From Octopus sinensis (lineage: Eukaryota): DNA of 64,000 bases. The position numbers and the translations under genes are program-made. Below are positions 1-13,149 of this stretch, piece after piece. The notes beneath the pieces are model-generated. The model was given only the letters and a program-made list of their open reading frames with translations. It did not search any database and was not told where the DNA came from. Each line of letters begins with the position of its first letter. Positions within the stretch are counted from its first letter, which is position 1. The stretch is from NCBI RefSeq assembly GCF_006345805.1, contig NC_043008.1, forward strand, positions 53,320,001-53,384,000, written 5' to 3'.

Positions 1-707
1 TTTTATTTTTTTATATTCTTAAGCATTTATTTAATTTTTCTTCAAATCATTTTTCTTTCCTTACAAAATACTAAAACTATTTTTTTATGCAATTAAAATT
101 ATTTTTCACCATATAGAATTATATTTCGGCCAAACAAGAACTAGACCTTTTTAATATATATTTTTTTTATTATGCTACCATCTTTGTTTTTGTTTATTTT
201 TTTTGTTGGTTCTTTCTGGAGCTTTTCTTTTTTCTTTGTGTACACTTTCGTCTGACCTTTCTTCGTATCATTGATTTTCATGAAGAATATAAACAACGTT
301 CCATATTATCTTTCCAATTATCTTTCATTGATATAAAACAGATATTTCTTTCACTCTGCTTCCTATCCAAACAAACTTCCATTACCATACAAGCAAATTC
401 CTAATTTTTATTGCTTTTATCATGCCAACATGGACGGCAGAGTTTGAACACAGTTTGATATTTCTATAGAAATCTGTTTAACTAAGAAATATTGCCATTT
501 TTAGTTGCTTTTTATTTTATTTTTGTGGGTATTTTTTTTTACGGCTCTGCTGTTGGATATTCATGTGATACAAAGATATTAATGAGGGTTATGTGATAGA
601 AATGCTAAACAATTGATCATTTAGGGTTCACAGACACTGCACTCTTATCTTCTGTAGAAGGGCCGTACTGCAATATTAAATTTCCCACTTTCTCAAAATG
701 CCCTCTC

Positions 708-762
<55 letters not shown>

Positions 763-1635
763 TGTGTGTGTGTGTCTTTAATTTTGATGTTCTGACAATT
801 TAAGCCAGTAAGTTAGTAGTGGGATTAGTGCAGAAGCTAAAATACTCTGTGCTCTACAGTCCATTTCTCTGTTATCTGAGTTCAAATCTTGCCGAGATTT
901 TCTTTGTATTTCAACCCCTTTGGGATCAATAAGTTAAGTAGCTGTACTAGCATCTGTTCATCTTGATATATACATATATCTTTATTTATGTATGTATGTA
1001 TGTATATATTTGTATGTATATATATATATATATTTATTAATATATATGTATATATTTATTCATATATATATATATATATCATCATCATCATCATTATTGT
1101 TTAACGTTTGCCTTCTATGGTGGCATGGGTTAGACAAATATATACATATGGCATTATTGTACATATGGAGAGACATTATTAAATTATTATACCCTATCAC
1201 AACTACTTTTGTACTAAGACTGAACCCAGAACCATGTAGTTGGGAATCCAACTTCTTACTACAAAGCCATGGTTGCACTTATATTTTGTCTTCCACTTCA
1301 GCATTTAATTCTTAACCTAATTATTATTTCCGTGTTTTTAGTGTTATTTATACCCCTTCTAATCCCTCTCGACCTTATTAAATTATGTGGATAAAATTTA
1401 TTTTAATCTGGGTTGATGAATAGTTTGTGAGAAAATTCGGTTGATGGAAACTGCGTGAAACCAATTCTATGTGCTTTTTTCCCCCCTGAGTGAGTGATAC
1501 AGACACAATTATTTATTATACAGGTGGATGGAATTTGTTTTACCATTTAAGCAGTTTTGATGAAAACATGGAAATTAGTAGCTGAAGTCTAATGACTAGA
1601 ACAAATAAAAAATAAAAGATACATGGACACACACA

Positions 1636-1668
<33 letters not shown>

Positions 1669-2629
1669 TACAGAGTAAAAATAAAAGTGCTCTGAAATAT
1701 TTATGCTGAAAAAATATATATAGTTACAAAGCAAAATATTTACATAGTCGACTGGTTTCACATATTTGGCTAATCATGACTGAACAGTTTGTGATGATGT
1801 TACAATTCCATGCTACTTTAATTAGTTGTAGTCATTTGATGTTGGTGTGAAAATGGAAATATCTAATCTCCCACCAGCATTGAATTAAAGTAGCATAGAA
1901 TTATAATATCATCGCTAACTGTTTAGTAATGATTAACCAAAAAAACTGAAACCGGTCAACTATGTAAATACTTTTACTTCATAAATATATTTTCCCAACA
2001 TAAATATTTCAGTGTATTTTCCTTTTTATCTCTACTATAATTTGCCAAGTGGAGTCTTTCACCAGCATTTTCCCTATGTATATATGCATATATATATAAG
2101 TGCATGTGTATGTGTGTATACATACACATATTGTTATTATATATATATGTATGTGATTAAGTGGTGTGGTTGAGAAGTAGGCTACCAACCCTGCAGTGAA
2201 GCTGTTGCTGTTGTTTAGCTCCAAGTCAGCCTTATTTAAACAAACCTATGAAAAAAGACAGTCCAACCACGACTATCTTGTCTAACAATAATCATATTGT
2301 CCTTTTTATCAGACTACATTATCTAAATATTATCTAATTTATACATTAACTAATGTAAGTCCATATAGTGATGCCATGATTTGAGAGATATTCAGCTCCT
2401 GTTCATGACAAGTCAAGCAGATTCCCTTTTGAATTAAAATAAAATAGGTAGGCAACAATGTATTGATGACATCATTAAATGACTGTTTGAAGTTATGGTT
2501 ATGTGATTAGTGGGGTACTGGGTACCTTAAATCTTGAACAACTTATAGAGGTACCTTCACAATATATACCATAAATTGAGGTTTTTGCACCTGACAGATC
2601 CCATTCTTCTTTAGATTTGAAACTCAACC

Positions 2630-2946
2630 ACATTTTTGCCACATAAAAGCACGTAATGTAAAAGTGCCCATGGACACTTTTATGTGGTGCCACATAAAAG
2701 TGTCCATGTGGTGCCATGTAGAAATGCCCATTCAGTGCCATATAAAAGCACCCATGTGGTGCTGTGTAAAAGCACCCAGCACACTTTGTAAAATGGTTGG
2801 CATTGGGAAGAGCATCCAGTCGTAGAGACCATGCCAAATCAGACTAGGGTCTGGTGCAGCTCCCCAGCTTACCAACTCTGGTTACACCATGCAACCAACC
2901 AACCCATGCCAGAATGGATAACAGACATTAAATGATGATGATGATG
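2630..2946 (+). mobile_element. LINE/SINE 3' end with (TGA)n tail and internal ~24-bp tandem repeats; related copy at 35640-35910
   Basis: Shared AAAGCACCC...GGCATT.GGAAG.GCATC...AACCCATGCCA..ATGGA...TTAAA.GATGATG. About six units of GTGGTGCCACATAAAAGCACCCAT at 2635-2780. RTE-like affinity is an inference. Confidence 0.6.
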
Positions 2947-5754
2947 AGAAAGTGAGAAAAACAAAGAGGAGAATCAAGATGAACAGATGCTAGTACAGCT
3001 ACTTAACTTATTGATCCCAAAGGGGTTGAAATACAAAGAAAATACAAAAAACAAAAAAACAAAACAACAAAAACAAAAAACAAAAAACAAAAAAAACAAA
3101 AACAAAAACAAAAACAAAAAACAAAAACAAAAACAAAAACAAAATAAAATAAACTATATATACACACATGCTCATACACATATAACTAAATATATATAAC
3201 CATATCTAAATACATACACTAACTCACACACCAATATATATATCTCTATACATACACATAAAAACGTCTAGGCAACAATAAATGAATAAATTTTAAAAAT
3301 AGCCAAATACTTCAACACATTACTTATTCTTACTCCCTCACACACACATACAACCCACAGTCATAAACAATATACATATACCCGCTCACACATACATATA
3401 CATACATACAGAACTCGATATATACACCAATATATTCACACCCACACCCATACAGATAAATAAATTACGTAAACAATCACACACACACACACATTCACAC
3501 ATACATAAACACTCAAAAGAAAATAAACAATTATTAGCGCGTGGTGATCGAACGTTTTTTTTTTAAATTATAAATGGAAAGAATGGAATAATATTTAATC
3601 AACGTAAAAATACAGAATTTACTCCAAAATCATTAATAAACCAATCATGATAATGAAACCCATACATACATATAATGATAAAACACCCTTTACCATACAC
3701 AATAATACCTATATAGCAATCCCCATAATACATTCACACACAAAACTACACATACGTAAAACACACACCCATAACATATACATATACCCCCTCACATATA
3801 CATATACATACGTACTAAACTCGATATATACAACAATATATTCACACCCACACCCATATTGATAAATAAATTACACAACCAAGTACTCACACACACACAC
3901 ATTTACACATACATAAACACTCAAAAGAAAAACAACATATCGACACATAATACGATATATAAAATACTCCATAAGTAACCAGATTATCATAAGTAACAAG
4001 ATTAACATAAGGAGAATAAAAATACATACCTCTTAATCTGTTTTAATTTATGAAGTGAATTCAAACTCTAGCCGTTATAACTTTAAACAAGATTACGTTA
4101 CCATAGGAACGGAACATATTTATAAAAATTCTTAGCTCGGTGAACGAACGTCATTTAAAATTATGAATGGAACAGAATGGAATTATAAAATTCTTTGCGC
4201 GTGGAGAACGAACGTTATTCAAAATTATGAATGGATTAAATGGAATAATACAGACAGAAATTACTACAAATTCTTTAATAAAACTACCATTATAAACGAA
4301 ATACATATAACGATAAAAACTCCTTTTACTAAACACTAGAACATACCTATATAGCAATCCCCCTATCTATACATTCACACACAAATACACACACGTAAAA
4401 CACACACCCACTACATATACATATACCCACTCCACTCACACATACAAATAACATACGTACAAACCTCGATATATACATCAAAATATTCACTCCCACACCC
4501 ATACAAATAAATAAATAAAATAAATATCCCTAAAAAAATGGGTGCAGTCTCACGCACAACAATCATGCATGTATACAAGTGCATACACAAACACACACTT
4601 TTACATAGCAATCATGCACTCCTACATCTACACATGCACTTATACACGCGCACACATGCACACACACCCAAAATATGCATATTCACAGACACTCTAAATA
4701 TACGTATAAATGGCTACAAAACAATACCCAATAAAAACCACCAAGAACAACATACCAAGCTATAATGCATGGGGACTAAAATACTAAAAAATTCTTAATA
4801 AAAAATCATGATAAATGAAATCCATACATACAAATATAAAGATAAAACCCCCTTATCAAATCCACAATACACACAAATACACACACATATATACACACAC
4901 CCACAAACATAACCATATACACACTCACACATACATATACATACGTACAAAACTCGATATATACACCAATTTATTCAATCCGACTCTCAATAAATGATTA
5001 AATAAATACAAATACAAACATAAATATATATATATATATATATAAAATATATATAAATATATACATTCACACATGTCATCCCATACACATATTTATAAAA
5101 TACACTCTTTCAAAAAAGTAAATAAATATTAATATATGTATATATGAGTGTGTACACGCAGACGGGTGCAATCACACGCACATTCAAAACATGCATGTAT
5201 ACAAGTGCATAAACAATGCCACCCAATTACATAGCACTCATACACTCCCGCATCTACACTTGCACTTGTACACACGCACACATGCATACACACCCATAAC
5301 TACCTATTCACGGACAATCTCCTAAATATCTATATAAACGTATATTGCAACAAACAATACCCAAATAAAACTGCCATATTCAACAAATAAAATACAAGGG
5401 GATTGTAAACATTCACACATACATACAAAACACAATATATACACCTCTAAATACGCCCAATTCTCCATTATAATATATCCCCATATATACATATAACATA
5501 TACATAATAAAATAAATAAATAAATAAATAAATAAGTAAATAAAATAAAATAAATCTAATATAACTAAATAAAGTTTTAACTTACCATAAGCTGTTATAT
5601 ATCAATATACATTAAAATGAATAATAAAAACAAAGAAATACCAATTAAAGACTAACTATAATTAAAGCCTAAACTATATAACTAAAAATATATATGGTAC
5701 TCTAAACTAAAATTAATATTAAACTAAAGTAACCTTTAAAGGAAGCTATTAAAG

Positions 5755-6310
5755 TTATTTAACATGAAACTTATTATATAGGTAAAGTAACATATGTCTG
5801 CATTTTATTTTGCGCTCTTCACCTGTATTAAGTAAATTATCATACTTATAAAATAAAATTTCTTTAAACTCATTAGAGCATAAATAACAACAATTCGCTC
5901 CTATAGTATATGATTTAGTTTTACAATTATTTCCCATGTAAACTATAATTAATATTTTGTGATTTAAGTCTCCAAATGTACTTACTAAGTCCAGTGGAGT
6001 TGATTAAGTTTTTATTTTTAAAAGAATTCATATGTTGTGCGATTCTTAATTTTATTTTAGAGGAAGTAGACCCTATATAAACCGCTCTTGGGTAATTATT
6101 ATTCTTAAAATTATTATCATGTAATGTAACTATACATTTATACACTACATCTCTAATATCACATTTATTATTCAATATACATTTAGATTTATCTCTACAA
6201 GTACAATTAATAAAAGTCTTATCTCTATTATTATTATTATCTAATAATTTATTTTTATAAAAATTATTCAGTTTAAATTTATTAAATGAAGAAATAATGT
6301 TACCTACATT
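5755..6310 (-). pseudogene. Frameshifted GIY-YIG endonuclease C-terminus of a Penelope-like retroelement
   Basis: Minus-strand translation NVGNIISSFNK...NCTCRDKSKCILNNKC.IRDVVYKC...YIGSTSSKIKLRIAQHMNSFK...STGLSKYIWRLK, then frameshifts near 5930, then ...CCYLCSNEFKEI...LLN...KCRH. This shows the VVY/YIG motifs, the catalytic Arg, a Cys-rich linker and a terminal CxxC...KCRH, as in invertebrate PLE ORF C-termini. No RT domain is present. Confidence 0.8.
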
Positions 6311-6715
6311 ATTAGTGGTGGAATAACCTACTTGTTTTTGTTTTTGTTTTTTGTTTTTGTTTTTGTTTTTTTTGTTGTTTTTTTTTGTTTTTTGTTTTTG
6401 TTGTTTTGTTTTTTTGTTTTTTGTTTTTTGTTTTTTGTTTTTTGTTTTTGTTGTTTTGTTTTTTTTGTTTTTTGTATTTTGTTTTTTGTTTTTTGTTTTT
6501 TGTTTTTTGTTTTTTGTTTTTGTACATCTTTAAATATGAGAACTTTAATAATAGGTTTCTTTATATTCAATTGTTTATAGGGTTTATTTTAGATTATATA
6601 TTGATTATAGGGTTTATTTTAGATTATATATAGGTTATATATATTTATATTTTTCAATGATAATTTTATTATTTTAAACTTATATTTTAATATATTGATA
6701 TTTTAGATCGAAAAT

Positions 6716-6758
6716 CCACCTGACGAATGTCATTGAAGACATGAAACGATTGTAGTGG
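6716..6758 (+). ncRNA. Type I hammerhead ribozyme (minimal, PLE-type), intact core
   Basis: CCAC-CTGACGA-ATGTC(attgaa)GACAT-GAAA-C(GATT)GTA-GTGG. Stem I CCAC/GTGG, perfect 5-bp stem II, CUGANGA and GAAA core, GUA cleavage triplet (cut after 6754), near-palindromic stem III. Confidence 0.85.
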
Positions 6759-6940
6759 CGGTTTATTTCTTTATATTAAAAATTTTTATGTATTGATTAA
6801 GTCTTTCCTTGTTTGTTTTGCAAAATAGTGGTTTTGTCTCGAATTATATTATATAATATTTTACTATAAAATTGGATTTAATCCTAAATCTGATTTTTCC
6901 CTGTAAATTTGGATTTATTCCCTAATATTTATTATTATAA

Positions 6941-6984
<44 letters not shown>

Positions 6985-7999
6985 ATATATATACACACAC
7001 ATATACACACATATATATATACCAATAATGTCTTTCTCTTTTTCTCTCTCTCTCTATCTCTCTCTCTCCACAGACCTATAATTTCTCTTGCACACTCCCT
7101 CCCCATATACACCAATAACGTCTCCGTCCGTCACCACTTACCAAAAATATCTTTGAAACCAAAAACCCACATAAACCCAAAATTCCCTCTATTCTTAAAT
7201 AATCATGGACACATTCATTCCTGGTGGAAGCAGAAGAATTTTCGACCGTTATTGTATGAATTCTGCTTTCTATGACTTTGAAAAAGTTTAGAACTATACA
7301 AAGCAAAAATCAGGAAGAATTTTTCAAAATTGCATAAATTCTTCCTTTTTCTTCTCTCACAGCCACACAATGGGTTTAATTATTAAATAAAGAGCTGTAA
7401 GGCCTCAATGTTTTCATCCTTATTGGTATCTATCTTTTAACGTTAAACTATCTGGCTGGTACAGAATCTATAATTATATCTTAATTACCACTAATTATTC
7501 ACAATTTATCAATTAGTTCTCTTTGATTGCCATGCCATCTCTTCGCCTGTAAATTATTTTTATTAACTTTTTTTAAACTATTGTTGACTTTTGAGTATTT
7601 TTGTTATCGAGGATGGTGGTTATTATTCTGATGGTGTTGTGGATTATGATGGTGATGGTGATGGTGGTGGTGATGGTGGTGGTGATGGTGATGGTTATAA
7701 TGGTATTGATGGAAATGGTAATGATAATGATGATGATGATGAAAATGACATTGATGATGAAACTGACATTGATGATGGTACAACAATGACAACAACATGA
7801 ATGACAAGAAGAAGAATAAGAACAAGGGTGACAATATCCATAGAGTTGACAATGATGACTAAGACGATGACGCCAATACCAATAGCACCATTGATGATGA
7901 TAATGATGATGATGATGATGATGACGACGATGATGACAAAAATGACAGCAACAATAATGATAATGTTGATTTTATAATGGTAAAGATTATATAATGATA

Positions 8000-8039
<40 letters not shown>

Positions 8040-8335
8040 CAACAATGACAGCAACAATGAGGACAACAACAATAATGATGATGCTGATTATATAATGGTA
8101 AACGTAATGGTAAAGATAATGATGATGATGTTGATGTTGATGATGATGATTATAATGATGATAATGATTATTGTGGTGATTGATGTTCATATTGGCAACA
8201 GTGACATTGATTATGTCAACGATGATGATGTTGATGTTGATGACGTTGATGATTTTGTGACAAAGATGCTGACATTTACAATAATAATGATTCCTTTCTT
8301 ATTTTTTCTTTTCTTTTTTTTCTTTTGTTTTACAG

Positions 8336-8437
8336 ACCCAGGTCCAAATCCAGGAATTGGTTACTGATATGCACAGCAATCAAAGTTCTTTGGAGAAAAG
8401 AGTCACTAAATTAGAAGAAAGGCTCACATCACTCCAG
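8336..8437 (+). CDS. KCNN: Internal coding exon of a small-conductance Ca2+-activated K+ channel (SK/KCNN), C-terminal coiled-coil region
   Basis: Strong polypyrimidine tract plus TACAG acceptor (8331-8335), then a 102-nt phase-0/0 open exon and a GT donor at 8438. Translation TQVQIQELVTDMHSNQSSLEKRVTKLEERLTSLQ resembles, from memory, the SK segment after the calmodulin-binding domain (TQN.MYD/E..SD......E.R...LE.KL..L), which also begins an exon at TQ. No other exon of the gene was identified confidently. Confidence 0.75.
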
Positions 8438-8838
8438 GTAGAACCCCTACTTCATCCATATTCTGTCTTCCCTTTTTTTCAATTAACCTGAAGTAGAGAA
8501 CACACTGTATCACTGTATCAATCAGACTATATAAGATGTTGTTTTTTTATACACTGCTGGTGACAATGCACTTCCTCACATTGTTGTTGCTTTCAAATGA
8601 AGCCACCCCATTTGTTGGGTAAGCAAGTAGGCAAGCCAACGTTCCCTCCGAACAGAATACATCTGTTCAGGGCTAATGTTACACATTTTAAGATGAGGAA
8701 CCCATAAATGGAAATTAAAGCATTTTACTGTAATAATGGTTCCAGCCTTGATTCATCAGATAAACGGCTAAATCAATTCTAGTCATGATTATCCACTGAT
8801 TTGAAAGCAGAGTTTATCTCAGATTATATTCTTCAATA

Positions 8839-9158
8839 GGTGTAGGAGTGGCTGTGAGGTAAGTAGCTTGCTTACGAACCACATGGTTCCAGGTTCAGTC
8901 CCACTGTGTGGCACTTTGAGCAAGTATCTTCTACTATAGCCTTGGGCCAACCAAAGCCTTGTGAGTGGATTTGGTAGACGGAAACTGAAAGAAGCCCATC
9001 GTAAATATGTATAAATATGTATATATGTATGTGTATGCATCTATGTTTGTGTGTCTCTGTTTGTACCCCCAACATTGCTTCACAATCGATGCTGGTGTGT
9101 TTATGTCCCCATAACTTAGCGGTTTGGCAAAAGAGACCAATAGAATAAGTACTAGGCT
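8839..9158 (+). mobile_element. tRNA-derived SINE, type A (GGAGTGGCTGTG.GG head)
   Basis: A/B-box-like head (GGTTCAGTCCC), GGCAC.TTG.GCAAGT.TCTT core and an internal TA/TG microsatellite. Many copies in the window. Confidence 0.85.
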
Positions 9159-9409
9159 GATCAGAGTAACAGGATGTTTTGTCTTTGTATTAATGCTATG
9201 ATTGATATTAAGTTTGTCTAGAACACAGTTAGAGAATATTTTGTCCTTGTTCTATCATTAATGTTATGACTAATCTTAAGTTTGTCCAGGACACACAGAA
9301 GAATCTCAAATAGAAGAGAGCTTTACTAAGATTTCATTCTGCTCTCCTTGCACAGTCTTAGCTGGATAGAATTGATCTCAAATTCATATGTCATGGTATT
9401 TTTCTCACT

Positions 9410-10470
9410 AATAAGAGGGGGAGAAAGAGAGAGTTTGGGGGAGGTAGGAGAGAAGAATGAAGAGGGGGAGGGGAGAAGAAAGGGAGTTGGAAGGGGAAAA
9501 GGAGAGGAGAGAAAGAGAGAGCAGAAGAGATATAGTGTAGATCAGAGAGATAGAGAAGATGAGAAAAAAGGGAAACCAGGAGAGAGAGAGAGAGAGATTG
9601 AGTAAGGCAAAGAATAGACAAGAGCACAGAAGAGAGAGTGAGAGAGAGAGCAAGGTTGAGAGAACAGAAGAGAGAGAGGAAAAGCAAGGGTGAGAAAGCA
9701 AATGACTGAGAGAGAACTAGAGCAGAAGAGAGACTGAGAGAAAAGAGAGAAAAAAGTGAGAGAAAGAGAGAGAGAGAGTGCATCTGAAGAAAGAGTGAGC
9801 CAGAGTGGAAGAGAGTGAAAAACAGAGAAAAGAGTGTGAAACACAGAAAGAGTAAGAGAGAGACAGAGAGAAAGAGAAAGAGAGAGTGAAGGAGAGAAGG
9901 AGAGAGAGACAGTGTGAAAGAGTGAGAATGAGAGAGAGAAAGAGACTGTGAGACAGAGACTGTGAGACAGAGACTGTGTGAAGGAACGAGAAACAATGAG
10001 AAAGAGTTAGAGAGAAAGAGTTAGTGTAAAAAAGAAAATGAGAGAGAGAGAGAGTGAGAGAAAAGAGAGAGAAAAGAGAAGAGAGAGAGAAAAGAGAAAG
10101 AGAGAGACAAAGGGTAAAAGAGAAAGAGTGGAAGAGGGAGAGAGTGCATCTGAGGAAAGAGAGTGGAAAGAGTGAGCCAGTGTGGAAGAGAGTGAAAACA
10201 GAGAAAAGAGTGTGAAACATAGAAAGAGTAAGAGAGAGACAGAGAGAAAGAAAGAGAGAGTGAGAGAGAGACAGTGTGGAAGAATGAGAATGAGAGAGAG
10301 AGAGAGCGAGAGAGACTATGTGAAGGAACAAGAAACAATGAAAGAGAGTTAGGGAGAAAGAGTTAGTGTAAAAAAGAAAATGAGAAAGAGAGAGAGAGAG
10401 AGAGAGACAAAACAAGAGAGACAGAGAAGAGAAAAGATAAACAGAAAGATAAGAAACAAAAAATAAATTT
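9410..10470. repeat. GA-rich polypurine tract with a ~365-bp internal duplication
   Basis: GAGTGCATCTGA.GAAAGAG...GTTAGTGTAAAAAAGAAAATGAG occurs at about 9777 and 10143. Confidence 0.85.
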
Positions 10471-10872
10471 CAAAATGAAGAAGCTCTCAGCCTCATGAGA
10501 GACAAAGATAGGAAGGTCTCTCGGGGGTTTGGTATCGTTATACTTTCATGTCATACAAAACCATATCAGACGTTCCCTATTGCTATACAACGCAAGGTCA
10601 ATGTTGCGCTCCCAGTTTTGTTTGCTCTAAATGGAATATTGTAACTCGCTTCTAAATGGAATTCATTACATAAGAAAATAAATTATTTATTCAAAAAACA
10701 TCCAAAAGAAACCAGGCAACAATCAACGCAAATGAGCAGTCACACACGAGGCTTTTCATTGCCGGTTTTAATGTATGTACGCTGCTTGTTATGTTCATTA
10801 TGTTGTATTATTGATATCACTTCCTTTGATCATTGATCTGTGGTTTGATCACTGTATAATATACTTATATTC

Positions 10873-10993
<121 letters not shown>

Positions 10994-11088
10994 CACATAT
11001 ATATATATATATAATATCCACACACATATATACATATATACAATTCATATATATATATATATATTATTACATATACACATACACACAC

Positions 11089-11128
<40 letters not shown>

Positions 11129-11459
11129 CATATATATATATAAAATATATACATATATATATATATCTATACATATACATATATATATGATGTGTGTGTA
11201 TACATACAGAGATAGTTGTATATGGACAACAGTGTATATACACGCCACACACATACACATGTGTGTGCATGTAGAGTAGGATTATACATATGTATTATAT
11301 ATAATATACATATGCACAAATATATGTTGTATGTATATATATATAAAGTGTGTATGTATGATACATATATACACATATTATTTGTACATATATATACAAA
11401 TATTATATATAATGTACATATATATACAATTACACACACACACACACACACACATATAT

Positions 11460-11525
<66 letters not shown>

Positions 11526-11584
11526 CATATATACATATACAATCATCTAGACATATGTATATATATATATTTATATATATATTA

Positions 11585-12480
11585 TTGTGGGTTAACAAGG
11601 CTACCATTGGTCTCATGCTGAGGGGAATCTCTTGACAATTATCAAATCTGCCACATTGAATGTTGGTACTTGTTGCCATTATGGATGGCACAAAGCTACA
11701 CAAGACTGTACGGAATTTTCAAATAAATAGGTATACAGACAATGAGAGGTAACTTATAAGAAAACCCAAATTGTTGGAAGCCTTGCATTAACCTTGGAAT
11801 CTTTGTAAGAGTTGCATTCACCAGGAATTCATTAAGGTGATTTGAGTTAGGATTTACGTTCACCAAAATTGGATTAAATCCTTAATCATTTTATGTGAGA
11901 ATATAGGCAAAGTTTTGAATCCACAACCCCATGGCTTCACAACTTCGGGGATCAAGTTTGGCATCAAAATATGTGAATATGGGTACATACTCAAACATGA
12001 ACAAAACACATAATGCAGATATGTGTTTATGTGTGTATATGCATATATACATATACACGTGTGTCTGTATATGTATACATGTGTGTTTGGTATGTGTGTG
12101 TACATGCACACGCATGTGTACTTATATTTATATTCCTAAACTTGAACGTGCATGAAAGTTTTCACATGGAAGTATTAAGGAATTAGTCAATTCATGGCAA
12201 CCTCTTACAAAGACTCCAGGGTTAATGCAAGGGAGACAACTAAGATTGTCTTATAAATTACCTACCCTCATCTGTATAGTTATCTATTAATCCCAATATT
12301 CTTTACTGTTTTGCATACTTTCATGTATTCTCATCCAAGATGGAGACAAGTACCAACATTCCATGTGGCAAGCTTGATAACTGTTAAGAGATTTCTCTCA
12401 GCATGAAACAAATGGTAGATTTGTTAATCTACAAATAAAGAATATTTATCCATGAATGCAGTGTTAAATACTCATTATAC
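11585..12480. mobile_element. Old inverted pair of a repeat (11585-11830 / 12185-12435)
   Basis: Diverged reverse-complement arms, e.g. AATGTTGGTACTTGT vs ACAAGTACCAACATT and CTTGCATTAACC vs GGTTAATGCAAG. The right arm carries a hammerhead-like 3' half GAAACAAATGGTA. Confidence 0.55.
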
Positions 12481-12531
12481 CGTTCAATATTAGAGTACTT
12501 ATATATATACGGTTGGACCTTTAATTTCAAT

Positions 12532-12571
12532 CACTACGACTGTTTCCATGCAACATTGTTCTCCAGGTGCA
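12532..12571 (-). ncRNA. Hammerhead motif (decayed)
   Basis: Minus strand CAC-CTGGAGA-acaatgttgcatg-GAAA-C(AGTC)GTA-GTG. A6>G substitution; stem I CAC/GTG. Confidence 0.5.
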
Positions 12572-12904
12572 CAGGTATTTGATTATTCAACCATTTCTCT
12601 GCATTGTGAGATCTAGTTGTGTTTCCTCGGGTGATATGTGAATATTGTCTCCATAAGTTCAAATTCTCCACTTCAAGAACATCCTCTCTGTCTGTCCAGG
12701 CCTGCAGTTAGTAGTAGCTATACATATATTATAAATATATATGTATATACATACATATAAGAGTGTGTGTGTGTGTGTGTGTGTGTCTGTGCGCATATGT
12801 GTGTGTGTGTGTGTATATGTATGTGTGTGTGTATAAACATATATATATAGACATGATTGATCACTAGCCACTAAACCTTTTTTATTTTCTCTCTCTCTCT
12901 GCTT

Positions 12905-13089
12905 ATTTCTGTGTTCCTTTCTGTCGAAGAACATAGGCTCGAAACGTAAAAGACTTTCTCACTTCCCAAGCATTAAACTAATACAGCTGTTTGTTGTTTA
13001 CACATCTGTCTTCGTCTTTGTTGTTTTTTTTTTTTTTTTTTTGTAAATTCCAACTATATATAGACATAGATATACTTTTCTATTATATA

Positions 13090-13149
<60 letters not shown>

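Larger units (their letters stand above)
3044..6935. mobile_element. Composite PLE insertion: inverted ORF/3' region (3044-6330) plus direct terminal segment with hammerhead (6332-6935)
   Basis: (CAAAAAA)n at 3044-3145 mirrors (TTTTTTG)n at 6332-6522. The GIY-YIG relic lies between them, a hammerhead sits at 6716-6758, and the element ends in a (TA)n tract. Its terminal sequence (6825-6925) resembles the reverse complement of 13390-13500. Confidence 0.55.

Noticed and set aside
7074-7275. Acceptor after (CT)n followed by a ~66-codon open frame (PIISLAHSLP...)
   Set aside because: No recognisable homology, and the pyrimidine tract is a microsatellite, so it cannot be supported as an exon without RNA data.
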